47,200 nt of DNA from a virus (IMGVR_UViG_3300044500_000058:1-47200), one strand, 5' to 3'; shown: positions 16,884-26,939, counted from the first letter of the stretch. Translations and numbers: made by a program. The notes: a model not told the origin generated them from the letters alone.

Positions 16884-17303
16884 TCAGCTTGCGGTAGCGG
16901 CGAACTCGGTCGGCTCGCCCGGGGCGGCTAGCTCGGGCGCGGCGATCGTGATCGAGGTCGTGACCACGGTACTCACCTTCGGTGGTACCTGTGCGTCGAC
17001 CGCGTCGGCCTGGAACTCGTAGTCGCCCGGCTCGAGGCCGACGACCGTGAAGGTCTGGACGCCCGCGGCCACCGTGGTGAGCTTGGTGAAGTCCGGTGCG
17101 CCCGCAACGCGCATGAATAGCTCGATACCGGTGAGTTCCGAGGCAGCAAGGTCGGTGCCGTCGGCACGCACCACAGGGTCTTTCCAGCTCAGCTTGACGT
17201 CGGTCATGTGTTTCACCTTCGCTTTGAATTTCGTGACAGGACCTGGCGCGGCCAATCGCCGCCACCAGAACAAAAGGATCAGCAGCCACTTCCAGTAGTA
17301 CAC
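16884..17303 (-). CDS. Single FN3-domain protein with hydrophobic N-terminus (second possible start ATG 17207)
   Basis: VKLSW..P, GLEPGDYEFQADAVD; purine-rich SD before GTG 17303 and AAGGTG before ATG 17207. Confidence 0.7.
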   Translation of the reverse strand: MYYWKWLLILLFWWRRLAAPGPVTKFKAKVKHMTDVKLSWKDPVVRADGTDLAASELTGIELFMRVAGAPDFTKLTTVAAGVQTFTVVGLEPGDYEFQADAVDAQVPPKVSTVVTTSITIAAPELAAPGEPTEFAATAS

Positions 17304-17426
17304 CAGTTTCCTCCTACTGGTTAAACAAACAGCCCCGTGTGTGCGGTTCCGCACGGAACTTAACAATAATCATAGCCTATCCTTCTCGACAGGGCTACAC
17401 CGCTAACCGTCACTGGCCCTACAGGG

Positions 17427-17469
17427 GGCACCCCCGGCGCGAGGTAGGCCACTTAGCGCCGGGGGTGCC
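17427..17469. terminator. Perfect 14-bp GC-rich inverted repeat (hairpin), possible terminator
   Basis: ggcacccccggcgc 17427-17440 / gcgccgggggtgcc 17456-17469, directly after the phosphoesterase stop. Confidence 0.5.
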
Positions 17470-17473
17470 GATT

Positions 17474-18583
17474 TTACTCTTCCAGCATACCGACATCGAA
17501 GCGGTGTCGTGCAACTTCTCCATGCACTTTGTGGAAGACCAATGACGTCATGTCCCGCCCCGACCGGTACCCGGCCGCCGTCGCCCAAGCGTCGCGCGCA
17601 GCCAAGGTACGGAAGGACTCCACCATGCAGCCGGGTTGTTCGAGGACCTTGCGCTGGTGGATATGCCCCGTGAGCCAGTAGCGATGGGCGGTCGCGCCCC
17701 ACAAGGCGGGCTGGTCGGCGGCCATGACGCCGGCGAGCTTGTCGAGTTTCGCAGTATCGCCATGCGTCACCCCCAGGAGGACCTTGCCATGTTGATGATA
17801 GACGAATTTAGCGGGCGACTGGTCGATCGAGACGCGCGGGTTTTTCTCGTAGAGCAGCGCAAGGGTCAGCGACAGCCAGAGCGCGCCCACGTCGTCGTGG
17901 TTTCCACAGGCGTTGATTACCCGCACATGCTTGTGCTTGCGGAGCGCACTGTCGACAAACGTGCGAAGCATCGCAACGCCAGCGTGGATCATCTGAGCGT
18001 AGCGGGTGTCGACGTCCAGCGCGTTGTGACTACGGGTAGTTTCGGGCCGATGCTGGTCAACGTGAAAGAAGTCCCCGACGTTGACGATCAGCCCGATCTC
18101 AGCCGCGGGTGAGATGTCGATCAGATGGTGTGCGGCGGCGGTGAGCAGATTCTCGGCGATGCTGATGTCGTAACTCTCGCCGGCTTCCTCGGCCCATGCG
18201 TACATGGCCGTATGGTGGTCGCCGATCGGGTAGACGGTGAGCAGTTCCTTGAGCGTGTGCTCGGGAGCCGTGATCTTCTGCACCGGTGTGGTGGCCGAGA
18301 ACACGTCCTTGACGGCCTCGGCCCACTGCACAGCGGAGCGCTTGTCGTGGTCGGCCTTGGTCCACTGCAGGACCAGGTTGCCCTCGGCGTCGCGCAGCGT
18401 CGAGGTGGCTCGAACGGTTGGGTCCGGTGGGGCAATCTTGCCTTCGGTCTCGAGGACTCGGATGCGCTCCCGGTATCGTGACAGCCCCAGTCCTGCTTCT
18501 TTGGCGGCGGCCATTTGCGAAAAAGGGAATTTGTTGGCCGCCTTGAGTATTGCTTCGTCGGTCGCCTTTTGCTTGTTGTTCAC
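17474..18583 (-). CDS. Calcineurin-like metallophosphoesterase with N-terminal HTH-like region
   Basis: GDHH, GDFFH, GNHD, THGD, GHIH motifs. Confidence 0.88.
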   Translation of the reverse strand: MNNKQKATDEAILKAANKFPFSQMAAAKEAGLGLSRYRERIRVLETEGKIAPPDPTVRATSTLRDAEGNLVLQWTKADHDKRSAVQWAEAVKDVFSATTPVQKITAPEHTLKELLTVYPIGDHHTAMYAWAEEAGESYDISIAENLLTAAAHHLIDISPAAEIGLIVNVGDFFHVDQHRPETTRSHNALDVDTRYAQMIHAGVAMLRTFVDSALRKHKHVRVINACGNHDDVGALWLSLTLALLYEKNPRVSIDQSPAKFVYHQHGKVLLGVTHGDTAKLDKLAGVMAADQPALWGATAHRYWLTGHIHQRKVLEQPGCMVESFRTLAARDAWATAAGYRSGRDMTSLVFHKVHGEVARHRFDVGMLEE

Positions 18584-18819
18584 GCCTTGGGTTTCCGTGC
18601 CCGGCGGATTTGCCGGGGTTCCTTGGTCGTGGTCCAGCGCTCCTGCATGACCCCGGAGTCAATGCGGGTCTCGACCTTGTGCTCCATGCCGCAACCGCAG
18701 CACACGTGATGGCGGAAGGCGCCGATCGGCACCCACTCGTTGTCAGTCAATTCGTAAACGTCGCCGCGCTTGAGCTTGCCCAACTTCTCGTGCTGCGTCC
18801 CTGCATCACGGCGCTTCAT
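18580..18819 (-). CDS. Small putative Zn-binding protein
   Basis: CCGCGMEH motif; coupled on both sides. Confidence 0.65.
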   Translation of the reverse strand: MKRRDAGTQHEKLGKLKRGDVYELTDNEWVPIGAFRHHVCCGCGMEHKVETRIDSGVMQERWTTTKEPRQIRRARKPKA

Positions 18820-19031
18820 ACGCGGAATTCACTAGCGGGAATGTCGGCGAGTTTCAACCGGTCGTCGGGCATGTGAATGACGCACTGCAGGGCGATGCAG
18901 TACAGCACCACTACGCCCGGCGGAGCTTCGTACTCGACGGTGCCGATGCGCAGCAGTTCGACATCACTGCCCGTGTAAAGGTAGACCGGCGCTGTGAGCA
19001 TTCCGGCCGCGGCAAGGAGCAGGGCGTACAT
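18816..19031 (-). CDS. Small hypothetical protein with signal-like N-terminus
   Basis: MYALLLAAAG...; fits the operon. Confidence 0.55.
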   Translation of the reverse strand: MYALLLAAAGMLTAPVYLYTGSDVELLRIGTVEYEAPPGVVVLYCIALQCVIHMPDDRLKLADIPASEFRV

Positions 19032-19032
19032 G

Positions 19033-19299
19033 CTACTTCGGTTGCAGCGCAGCTGCGCGGCACTCGTAGTAGTGATCGGCGACTTCCTTGAGCTTTCTCA
19101 CGGTGGCGCCGAAACTCTTGTCAGTGAGCGGCGTCAGCTTGGGGCACGACACCGTTAGCAGGGCTTTTTGTCCGGGGTCGGTCTTCGGGGGCCGTGAGGG
19201 CGTCGTTGAGCAGGCCGAGAGAAGTGTCAGTGTTGATGCAATCGCGATAGACCGGCTTCTCCACCGTCTCAGTCGCCAGCCGTTGAGTCGTGTGCTCAT
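19033..19299 (-). CDS. o-spanin (Rz1-like lipoprotein)
   Basis: Lipobox LSAC, Pro-rich, additional Cys; overlaps the 3' half of the i-spanin in another frame. Confidence 0.8.
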   Translation of the reverse strand: MSTRLNGWRLRRWRSRSIAIASTLTLLSACSTTPSRPPKTDPGQKALLTVSCPKLTPLTDKSFGATVRKLKEVADHYYECRAAALQPK

Positions 19300-19498
19300 T
19301 GACTACCTTGATCCCCGCGATCGCTTCCGAGGTCACGGCCAGTGCCGCCTCGCGCGTCCGATCCTCGATCGAGCGCTCTTTTGCCTGCGTTGCGATCAGA
19401 TGCTCCTGTCCCGCTCCGTACGCTTTGTACCCTACCGCGCCGAGCGACGCAACATAGAACACGCCGATTGCGATCAGAATCCAAGGGTTAGCTAGCAT
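19121..19498 (-). CDS. i-spanin (Rz-like)
   Basis: N-terminal TM, helical periplasmic part, PVYRDC near the C-terminus. Confidence 0.8.
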   Translation of the reverse strand: MLANPWILIAIGVFYVASLGAVGYKAYGAGQEHLIATQAKERSIEDRTREAALAVTSEAIAGIKVVNEHTTQRLATETVEKPVYRDCINTDTSLGLLNDALTAPEDRPRTKSPANGVVPQADAAH

Positions 19499-19700
19499 TC
19501 GTGGCCTCTCCCGCAGTTCTTTTTACAGCCTGGTAGGTGTTGCTGACGATGTAGACACCGACCGTCCCCAGCAGGACGTCACGATAGGTTGTGGCGTCCA
19601 GCTTGCCGAACCATACCAGCACGGTGTTGACGATTCCACAGCCCATTGCCATGAAGAACCGTCGGCCGCCGAGATCATCGATTATGTCAACTGGCTTCAC
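19488..19700 (-). CDS. Putative holin (70 aa, 2 TM)
   Basis: GTG 19700 coupled to the FN3 gene stop; GGRRFF followed by two hydrophobic helices; precedes the spanins. Confidence 0.6.
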   Translation of the reverse strand: MKPVDIIDDLGGRRFFMAMGCGIVNTVLVWFGKLDATTYRDVLLGTVGVYIVSNTYQAVKRTAGEATNAS

Positions 19701-22700
19701 ACGGTTGGACAGGGGATGAAGTTGGTCGAGCAAATGGGCTGATCGATCAGGACCCACAGCGGGAAAGCGTACGGCACGCTCGCACCGGTGCCGGGGTTCA
19801 TGTAGGTGTAGAACTCGATGTAATTGTAGCCGCTCGCCGTGGGGGTGTTCTTGATCGCATCGGGGTAGCGCGCCAGTAGGCTCGCCACGCCGTAATCCGT
19901 GTCGTAGATCGACGGGTAGGTCGTGTACGAGTGCAGCTTGCGATAGCCTTGATGCGCATTGATCATCGTCTGCGTCGCGACCCACACTTCGATGGTCATG
20001 TCGAAATGCGTGGGCGTGCTGCCCTTCCACGTGTCCCAGCCCTGCAGCGTGCCGATGCGCATCGTGCCGCCTGAGGTGTACGCCGGCTCGGCCGTCGTGT
20101 TCCACGGGAAGGTGATGGTCTCGGCAACGTAGTCGAAGTTCGCCTGCCCGACTGGCTTGACGACCACGGTGGGGTCGGACCAGTTGGGCTCGGTGCCCTC
20201 GATGCGGAAGTACGTGCCGGTCGCGAACTTCCACAGCGTCTGCACGCTGGCGAGGCCCGGCACATGGATGACGGTGTTGATGCCGCGGGTGATCGAGGCC
20301 ACCGGCAGTGAGCCCTGCGCTGTCAGGTTCGGCACGAGCTGGCGGCCGGGATTCTGGCGGCCCGGGATCAGATGCAACAGGACTGTGACCCATTCATCCT
20401 TCGGATACAGGAAGCAGTCAATGCGCGGGTCGATGTAGTGGCAGGTGCTGATCTGGTTCTGAATGTGCGAGGCAGACTGCTGATTGAGCCCGTCTTCGTA
20501 GAGCCAGGCACCGGCGTTGCCGAAGATGAAGAACGCGTTGCTGCCGCCCGCGCCGATGTCGGGGCGTGTGGTGCACACGATCTGACTCGAGAGCCCGCCG
20601 CTGTTCGACGGCTGCGTGTAGATGTTCCACAATTTGCCTTCGCTCGGCCCGTAGTAGCCGCTCACCGTCGCGGGCCCGGTGAAGGCAGGCATCAGCCAGC
20701 CGGCTTGAATCACCACGCCGTCGGTCGTGATGCCATCGGAGGCGTAGGTGCCGGCGAAAGTGCCGCCACTCACGTCGAGCCGCTGGCGGTAGGTGCTGCC
20801 GGCCGCCGTGATCGGCGTCCAGAAGTCGTGTCCCGTGCCGACTTTCAGTTCGTACTTGTAGAGCGTTGTCGCCCAGTCTCCTGTGCTTGCCGGATACGCC
20901 GGGAAACCGGTGGAATTCAGGGCGAGGTAGACCTTGTTGCTCGAGGACGTGTCGAGCCTTGTAACCTTCCAGGTCCCATCGAACGAACCGCAGCCCGACA
21001 AGGTGATGTACTGCGCGTACTCGGTGCCGTTGATGATCTTCGGCGCCTGCAGCTCGTGGTTTTGGCCGACGTTGGCCAACGTCTCCGTCCCTGAGGCGGT
21101 TAACGAGTAGACGTTCTGGCCGGTCTTCGCGAGCGTGCCCGCGTTGACGACCGACTGCACAGCGTTGCTGGTGTAGATGCGGCCGTCGGCGTAATCCAAG
21201 CGGTTCTTGCCGCTCGGCATCGTCTTGAACTTCTGTCGGAACTGGATGTAGATGCCATCTGCGCCCGCGTAGCTGATCTCGTTGGCCGCGTCGTTATATG
21301 CCGTGGTCGGCACGGTTCGCTGGTAGGTCGCGAGGTCGCCGGCATTCGAGATCATGCCGCCGACCATGCCGCCGAGCTTGGCTCGGACGTCGCCGGGATA
21401 GGTCGAGACGTGGTTCTTCGGGTTGTAGCGCGGCAGGCCCGCGGTGTTGATGTCGAGCCCCACTGCGGAGGTGTCGTTCGGCGTCCACGTCGGCATGCCG
21501 CCGCCACTCACCGTCATAGCGCCGGTAGTCGGCGCGAGCGGCCGGCTCCACTTTAATCCGCCGGTGTCGGTATAGGCCGGGACGTACAGCTCCATGCAGC
21601 CATCGCCGATGATGCCCGCGTCCGCGCGCACCACCCCGTCGCTGGTCATATAGCCGTGTCCGGCGGTGGCGATGTCGACGCCGGTCGGCGCCGCGGGACC
21701 GATGTAGCCGCAGCGCTTCTTGCTCGAGAAGTCCTGCGGCGAGGTGCCGAACCACAGCCCCGAGTCGTTCGGGGTGGTGAAGCGGTGCGCCCAAATGACG
21801 CCCGCCCCGCCTGCCCGAACGTTCCAGTCGGCGAGCGCGCTGCCGGCCACCGGCTGCGTAGCCGTCGTCACCGACACGGTTGAACTGTACGTCCCCGAGC
21901 CGAAGGTGTTGGTCCCGCGCACCCGGTAGAAGTACAGGGTGGAAGGTGCCACGGAGTTGTCGACGAACGAGTTGCTGCTCGGCGTGCCGATCACGACCCA
22001 CGACGAACTGCCGTTCGGACTGCGCTCCACGGAGTACGTCAGGGCTCCATTCGCGACGTTCCACGCGAGTGACACCGAGGCGTAGGTGAAGCTCGAGACG
22101 GCGAGTCCTGTGACCTGGTCAGGCGGGTTGCTGGGGATGGCGGTCGAGGTCGTGGCGGTCTGCCCGGTGCTCTGCGCGCTGAGGTTGCCCGCGGCATCGT
22201 AGGCCGCTACCGTGAACGTGTAGGACGTCGAGGCCGTGAGTCCTACAGCACTGTACGTATTTACAGTGCCCAGTGTCGCGAGCAGGACGCCGCCCTTGTA
22301 GACCTTGTAACCCGCGAGGCCGCTACGGACCGCGCCGGCCACAGCCGGATCCGTCGACACGTTCCACGCCAAGTTGATCTGGCTGGTGCTGATTACCGTC
22401 AGGGCGAGGCCCGTCGGAACGGTCGGCGCGGTGACGTCAGGCGTGAGCGGGATCGCGTCGGTGGTGGCCGCCACGGCGGTGCACTGGGCGCTCTCGTTCG
22501 CCGCGGCATCATAGGCCGACACGCGGAATGAGTAGGAGGTGTTGGCGGTCAGGCCGGTGGCGCCGTAGGAGGTGACGTTGCCGAGCGTCGCGAGCAGCAC
22601 GCCGTTCTTGTAGACCTTGTAGCCGCTGAGTCCGCTGGTGACGGCACCCGAGACCACGGTGTCACTTGAAGCGTTCCATGACAGGTTGATCGTTGACGTT

Positions 22701-25243
22701 CCAGTGACGGCCAGCGCGAGGCCCGTCGGGACGCTCGGCGCGGTGGTGTCGAGCGCCAGTGTCGTGCCCGTAACGGCGGTGCACTGCGCGCTCTCGTTCG
22801 TCGCGACGTCGTAAGCCGAGACACGGAACGAGTAGAGGGTGCCGGGCGTCAGGCCCGTGGCGCTGTAGCTCGTGACCGTTCCCAAGGTGGCGAGCAGAGA
22901 GCCATCTTTGTAGACCTTGTAGCCGCTGAGCCCGCTGGTGATGGCACCTCCGACCACCGTATCACTTGAAGCGCTCCACGATAGGTTGAGCTGCGTCGTG
23001 CTGATGACGGCGACCGCAAGTCCCGTCGGCACGCTCGGCGCCGTGGTATCGAGCGCGGTCGTCGTGTTGGTAACGGCGGTGCACTGCGCGCTCTCGTTCG
23101 TCGCGATGTCGTAAGCCGAGACGCGGAACGAATATAGCGTGCCAGGTGTGAGGCCCGTGGCGCTATAGGAGGTCACGCCGCCCAGGGTCGCGAGCAGCGA
23201 GCCATCCTTGTAGACCTTGTAACCGGCGAGGCCACTGCGCGTGTCGCCTGAGATTGTGGGGTCGGTCGAGACGTTCCACGTCAAGTTGAGCTGCGTCGTG
23301 CTGATGACGGCGACGGCGAGGCCCGTCGGCACGCTCGGTGGAGTCGTGTCCGGATTGAGCGCCGCACTGTCCGTCGTGGCCGTCTGCGCCGAGCACTGTG
23401 CGCTCTCATTGGTCGCGACGTCGAACGCGGAGACGCGGAACGAGTAGAGGGTGTTCGCCGTCAGCCCCGAGGCGCTGTAGCTCGTCACAAGGCCCACGGT
23501 GTCGAGCAGAGAACCGTCCTTATAGATATTGTAGCCCGCGAGCCCACTGGTCACGGCGCCTCCGACTGTGGTGTCGCTCGAGGCGTTCCAGTCGAGATCG
23601 ATCACGTCGGTGCCGCGCACGGTGAGTGCGAGTCCGGTGGGCACACTCGGCGCCGTGGTGTCGAGCGCCAGCGTGGTGCCCGTGACCGCGGTGCACTGCG
23701 CGCTGGCGTTGCCATCGGCATCGAACGCGCGCACGCGGAAGGAATACAGCGTGCCTGCGGTGAGCCCGGTGGCGCTGTATGACGTCACGAGGCCCAGCGT
23801 GTCAAGCAGCGAGCCGTCTTTGTAGACCTCATACCCGGCGAGTCCGCTGGTGAGGGCGCCTGCGACGGTGGGGTCCGTCGCAGCGTTCCACGACAGGTCG
23901 AGTTCGGTCGTGCTGATGACCGCGACGGCGAGCCCGGTCGGGACGTTGGGCGCGGTGGTATCGAGCGCAGTCGTTGTTTTCGTGACGGCCGTGCACTGCG
24001 CACTGGCGTTGCCCGCGGCGTCGAACGCGAGGACCCGGAAGGAGTACAGCGTGCCGGGCGTCAGGCCGGTGGCGCTGTACGTGGTCACGACGCCGAGCGT
24101 GGCGAGCAGGCTGCCGTCTTTGTAGACCTTGTAACCGCTCAGTCCGCTTCGGGTCTCGTTGGCGACTGTGGGATCGGTCGAAGCGTTCCACGACAGGTCC
24201 AGCTCGGTGGTGCTGATGACCGCCACGGCCAGCCCGGTGGGCACCGACGGTGGCGTGACATCCGGGCCGGGGGTCACGGCGTTGTCGGTCGTGGCTGTGA
24301 CCGCCGCGCACTGGGCGCTCTCGTTGCCGATGGCATCGAAAGCCGAAATGCGGAACGAGTAGAGCGTCCCGGCAGTGAGGCCCACGGCGCTGTACGCCGT
24401 GACTACGCCGAGCGTCGTGAGCAGCACGCCATCCTTGTAGACGTGGTAGCCGACCAGTCCGCTCGTGTTCTCACCGGGGGTGCCGGGGTCGACCGAGCCC
24501 GTCCAGGTCAGGTCGATCGCGGTGGTCCCGCGCACGGTCAGGGCGAGGTCCGCCGGGACCGTGGGCGCGGTGGCATCCGGCAGGAGCGTCGTTACCGTCC
24601 GGGCGGTGCTCGGCGCGCTCTCGTTGCCCGCAACGTCGTAGGCTGTCACGGTGAACGAGTAGGTCGTGCCTTGCGTCAGTCCCGTGGCCGTGTACACCGT
24701 GACCGCGCCCAGCGTCGCGAGCAGGACGCCATCCTTGTAGACCTTGTAGCCGGCGATGCCACTCGTCACGGCATCCGAGACGATCACGTCGGTCGAGCCG
24801 GTCCACGATAGGCTGACTTGCGTCAGGGTCGGGGGATCCGTCACCACGAGGGCGGTCGGGATCGTCGGAGCGGTTGTATCCGGAGCGGGCGTCGTCACGC
24901 TGCCGATCACGTTGCTACGGATGGAGCAGCGCCCTTCGACAAAGCGAATGCTGACGATCCCGGTGATGAGGTTGAGGTCGTACTGGTACTGGCCGGCGGG
25001 AAGGGTCGTGGTTTCTGCGGCCGAGAGCGTCAACGTGACGGTGCCCGCAGTGCCGCCGAGCACGATGCGTCCGTTGGCCGTGTTCAACTCCATGATGACC
25101 GGTGCGCTGGCCTTCTTGCGAATCTGCATTCGCGCTGTGTAGCCCGTCAAGTCGATCGGAACGCCTGCACTGGTGGCGTACGTGAAGGTCAACAGGAACG
25201 TTGAGCCACGATCGATGACGATGTCGTACTGGCTGGCGGTCAT
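19697..25243 (-). CDS. Giant virion-appendage-like protein: N-terminal adaptor domain, 10 FN3 repeats, about 700-aa C-terminal beta-rich region
   Basis: AGGAG SD before ATG 25243; nine DxTxPxxP.GL...W..S.D...SGL.GY.VYK.G...Y...GLT..T.Y.F.V.A.D...N.SA units plus one divergent unit. Confidence 0.85.
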   Translation of the reverse strand: MTASQYDIVIDRGSTFLLTFTYATSAGVPIDLTGYTARMQIRKKASAPVIMELNTANGRIVLGGTAGTVTLTLSAAETTTLPAGQYQYDLNLITGIVSIRFVEGRCSIRSNVIGSVTTPAPDTTAPTIPTALVVTDPPTLTQVSLSWTGSTDVIVSDAVTSGIAGYKVYKDGVLLATLGAVTVYTATGLTQGTTYSFTVTAYDVAGNESAPSTARTVTTLLPDATAPTVPADLALTVRGTTAIDLTWTGSVDPGTPGENTSGLVGYHVYKDGVLLTTLGVVTAYSAVGLTAGTLYSFRISAFDAIGNESAQCAAVTATTDNAVTPGPDVTPPSVPTGLAVAVISTTELDLSWNASTDPTVANETRSGLSGYKVYKDGSLLATLGVVTTYSATGLTPGTLYSFRVLAFDAAGNASAQCTAVTKTTTALDTTAPNVPTGLAVAVISTTELDLSWNAATDPTVAGALTSGLAGYEVYKDGSLLDTLGLVTSYSATGLTAGTLYSFRVRAFDADGNASAQCTAVTGTTLALDTTAPSVPTGLALTVRGTDVIDLDWNASSDTTVGGAVTSGLAGYNIYKDGSLLDTVGLVTSYSASGLTANTLYSFRVSAFDVATNESAQCSAQTATTDSAALNPDTTPPSVPTGLAVAVISTTQLNLTWNVSTDPTISGDTRSGLAGYKVYKDGSLLATLGGVTSYSATGLTPGTLYSFRVSAYDIATNESAQCTAVTNTTTALDTTAPSVPTGLAVAVISTTQLNLSWSASSDTVVGGAITSGLSGYKVYKDGSLLATLGTVTSYSATGLTPGTLYSFRVSAYDVATNESAQCTAVTGTTLALDTTAPSVPTGLALAVTGTSTINLSWNASSDTVVSGAVTSGLSGYKVYKNGVLLATLGNVTSYGATGLTANTSYSFRVSAYDAAANESAQCTAVAATTDAIPLTPDVTAPTVPTGLALTVISTSQINLAWNVSTDPAVAGAVRSGLAGYKVYKGGVLLATLGTVNTYSAVGLTASTSYTFTVAAYDAAGNLSAQSTGQTATTSTAIPSNPPDQVTGLAVSSFTYASVSLAWNVANGALTYSVERSPNGSSSWVVIGTPSSNSFVDNSVAPSTLYFYRVRGTNTFGSGTYSSTVSVTTATQPVAGSALADWNVRAGGAGVIWAHRFTTPNDSGLWFGTSPQDFSSKKRCGYIGPAAPTGVDIATAGHGYMTSDGVVRADAGIIGDGCMELYVPAYTDTGGLKWSRPLAPTTGAMTVSGGGMPTWTPNDTSAVGLDINTAGLPRYNPKNHVSTYPGDVRAKLGGMVGGMISNAGDLATYQRTVPTTAYNDAANEISYAGADGIYIQFRQKFKTMPSGKNRLDYADGRIYTSNAVQSVVNAGTLAKTGQNVYSLTASGTETLANVGQNHELQAPKIINGTEYAQYITLSGCGSFDGTWKVTRLDTSSSNKVYLALNSTGFPAYPASTGDWATTLYKYELKVGTGHDFWTPITAAGSTYRQRLDVSGGTFAGTYASDGITTDGVVIQAGWLMPAFTGPATVSGYYGPSEGKLWNIYTQPSNSGGLSSQIVCTTRPDIGAGGSNAFFIFGNAGAWLYEDGLNQQSASHIQNQISTCHYIDPRIDCFLYPKDEWVTVLLHLIPGRQNPGRQLVPNLTAQGSLPVASITRGINTVIHVPGLASVQTLWKFATGTYFRIEGTEPNWSDPTVVVKPVGQANFDYVAETITFPWNTTAEPAYTSGGTMRIGTLQGWDTWKGSTPTHFDMTIEVWVATQTMINAHQGYRKLHSYTTYPSIYDTDYGVASLLARYPDAIKNTPTASGYNYIEFYTYMNPGTGASVPYAFPLWVLIDQPICSTNFIPCPTV

Positions 25244-25253
25244 GGAAGTCCTC

Positions 25254-25703
25254 CTAAAGTGATTCAAACAATTCTCGCTCTTTCTGCCGTCTTATGACAA
25301 GTCCGCCCAGCACCTCGCCATTTTGCTTGTTCCATTTCGCGAACTGCTGGGCCGCATCGAGGACCAGCCCTTCGTTGAGCCGTCTGAGCAGGGTCGAGTT
25401 GCGAAAGTTCGTGCCGCCGATGTTGAAGACCAGCGACACCAACGCGTCGAACTGGTTTTGATTGATCGGCCACAGGACCGCGCGATCGACTTCGCGCTCA
25501 GCGTCGAAACAGTCTTCGCGCAGGTAGCTCTCGGCCTGCTGGGGGGTGCAGGTGTCGCCTTCCCTGACGCCTCGGGTGTGACCGTAGCCGATTGTCCAGA
25601 CATCGTGTGGCGTCGGCAGGTACGCCTCGAGGCGCAGCGCTTCCGAGAACTTGATGATGTCGAGACCCGCTGCGCCAATCTTACGGGTGATGGGCCTCAT
25701 CAT
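25254..25703 (-). CDS. Endolysin, GH24 lysozyme
   Basis: SEALRLEAY...VWTIGYGHT, NQNQFDALVSLVFNIG, GLVIRRQKERELF. Confidence 0.93.
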   Translation of the reverse strand: MMRPITRKIGAAGLDIIKFSEALRLEAYLPTPHDVWTIGYGHTRGVREGDTCTPQQAESYLREDCFDAEREVDRAVLWPINQNQFDALVSLVFNIGGTNFRNSTLLRRLNEGLVLDAAQQFAKWNKQNGEVLGGLVIRRQKERELFESL

Positions 25704-25981
25704 CCGGGCCCGAATAACATACGCCGAATGAGCAATGCGAGGGTGGCGCTCAGGCTGCCTGCCAGCAGCATGCCGAGCCACAGCGCCCCGCGCCCCTGGT
25801 TCATGACATCGCGCAAGGTCGAGACAGTGACGTTCAACATTTCGACCGTCCTGCTCAGGTGCTCGAGTGAAGTTGCTAGCTTCGCGTCCGTGACACGCGC
25901 ATCACCTGCGTGTCTTTCCAACTCGCGAATGCGAGGGCCGTAGTCTTCCACCGGATCGTCCTTATAGCTCGAATAGCTCAC
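25700..25981 (-). CDS. Coiled-coil protein with C-terminal TM (holin/antiholin-like)
   Basis: Immediately upstream of the endolysin and ATGA-coupled to it. Confidence 0.55.
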   Translation of the reverse strand: MSYSSYKDDPVEDYGPRIRELERHAGDARVTDAKLATSLEHLSRTVEMLNVTVSTLRDVMNQGRGALWLGMLLAGSLSATLALLIRRMLFGPG

Positions 25982-26937
25982 TGCTCAATTTCCTGATACA
26001 GCAACCATGAGGGTTGCCTCAGTATCGTCGCCGTCCCGTTGGTGGTGTTCTGCGCCCACTCGTAGGTCAGCGTCCCGCCGGAGCCGCCCATCTGGTGCGC
26101 CGCCAGGATGTGCCGCGCGCTTTTCTGCGTCGTGGTTTGCGTACTCAATATCCCGCCCGTAGGCGTCGTTACAAAACTCGAAGCTACCCATTGTCCTTGA
26201 GTGTCGGAGTCACTCGCGCCCATGAAGGTGCCAGACGCCTTGATGTTCACGCTGGTCACATGCGCTGCGGAAAGCGAGACGTTTGCATCATGGAACGCGT
26301 CTTTATAGTCCGGGGTGGTGGAATTCCCGTCGAGAAGCGCAAACAACTCCACGATGTACTTCTTATTGGCCCCGGTAGCGAACTGCAGCTCAGCATCGGC
26401 CGTCAGGGTGTTGTTCGTGCGACTGGTATCGCCCGCTTTGGCGATCAGCACACCATCGATGTCTGACTGTTTCGCATAGGCGATGTAGCTCCCCGCGAGA
26501 GCGGTCGTATTCGACGCGGTGCTGGTGACTTGAGCCCATTGGAATTTTAAGTTGCCCGAAGCGTTGGTGACGATTACCCCACGAATGTGTCCGCCTTCTG
26601 TAGTGTTCGCGGTGCCGCTTCCTCCGCGGCTGCGAACGGTCGGCGTCGTCAGGTTGCTACCACCTAAATGGCAACAGGGCCCGAGCGCGTCTCCCGCTCC
26701 ACTGGTGCTGGGCAGGGATGCGTTCACGGCGCCCTCAGTCAGCGCGGCGAACGACAGCGTCCCGGTGTAGACGAAAGCCATCTTGAAGCCGGGCGTGCCG
26801 CCGGAATTGCCGATCAGCATCATGTCGATGAAGTAGGTCGTGCTGGCGTCCAGCGCAACCGACAGCTCATCGTCATCCGTGAGCGTGGTATTGCTCTGAA
26901 TGGTGTCGCTGTTCTGCTTGATCTTGACGGTGAGCAC
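25978..26937 (-). CDS. Fibre-associated protein with two tandem copies of a repeated beta-sandwich domain
   Basis: Two K..D.....DxEL...A...Y / G[NT]L...WAQ...S units. Confidence 0.7.
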   Translation of the reverse strand: MLTVKIKQNSDTIQSNTTLTDDDELSVALDASTTYFIDMMLIGNSGGTPGFKMAFVYTGTLSFAALTEGAVNASLPSTSGAGDALGPCCHLGGSNLTTPTVRSRGGSGTANTTEGGHIRGVIVTNASGNLKFQWAQVTSTASNTTALAGSYIAYAKQSDIDGVLIAKAGDTSRTNNTLTADAELQFATGANKKYIVELFALLDGNSTTPDYKDAFHDANVSLSAAHVTSVNIKASGTFMGASDSDTQGQWVASSFVTTPTGGILSTQTTTQKSARHILAAHQMGGSGGTLTYEWAQNTTNGTATILRQPSWLLYQEIEQ

Positions 26938-26939
26938 GG

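Noticed and set aside
19488-20393. 301-aa ORF overlapping the FN3 gene 3' end
   Set aside because: Only the last 70 codons from GTG 19700 look like a real (holin-like) protein; the rest is an alternate-frame extension.
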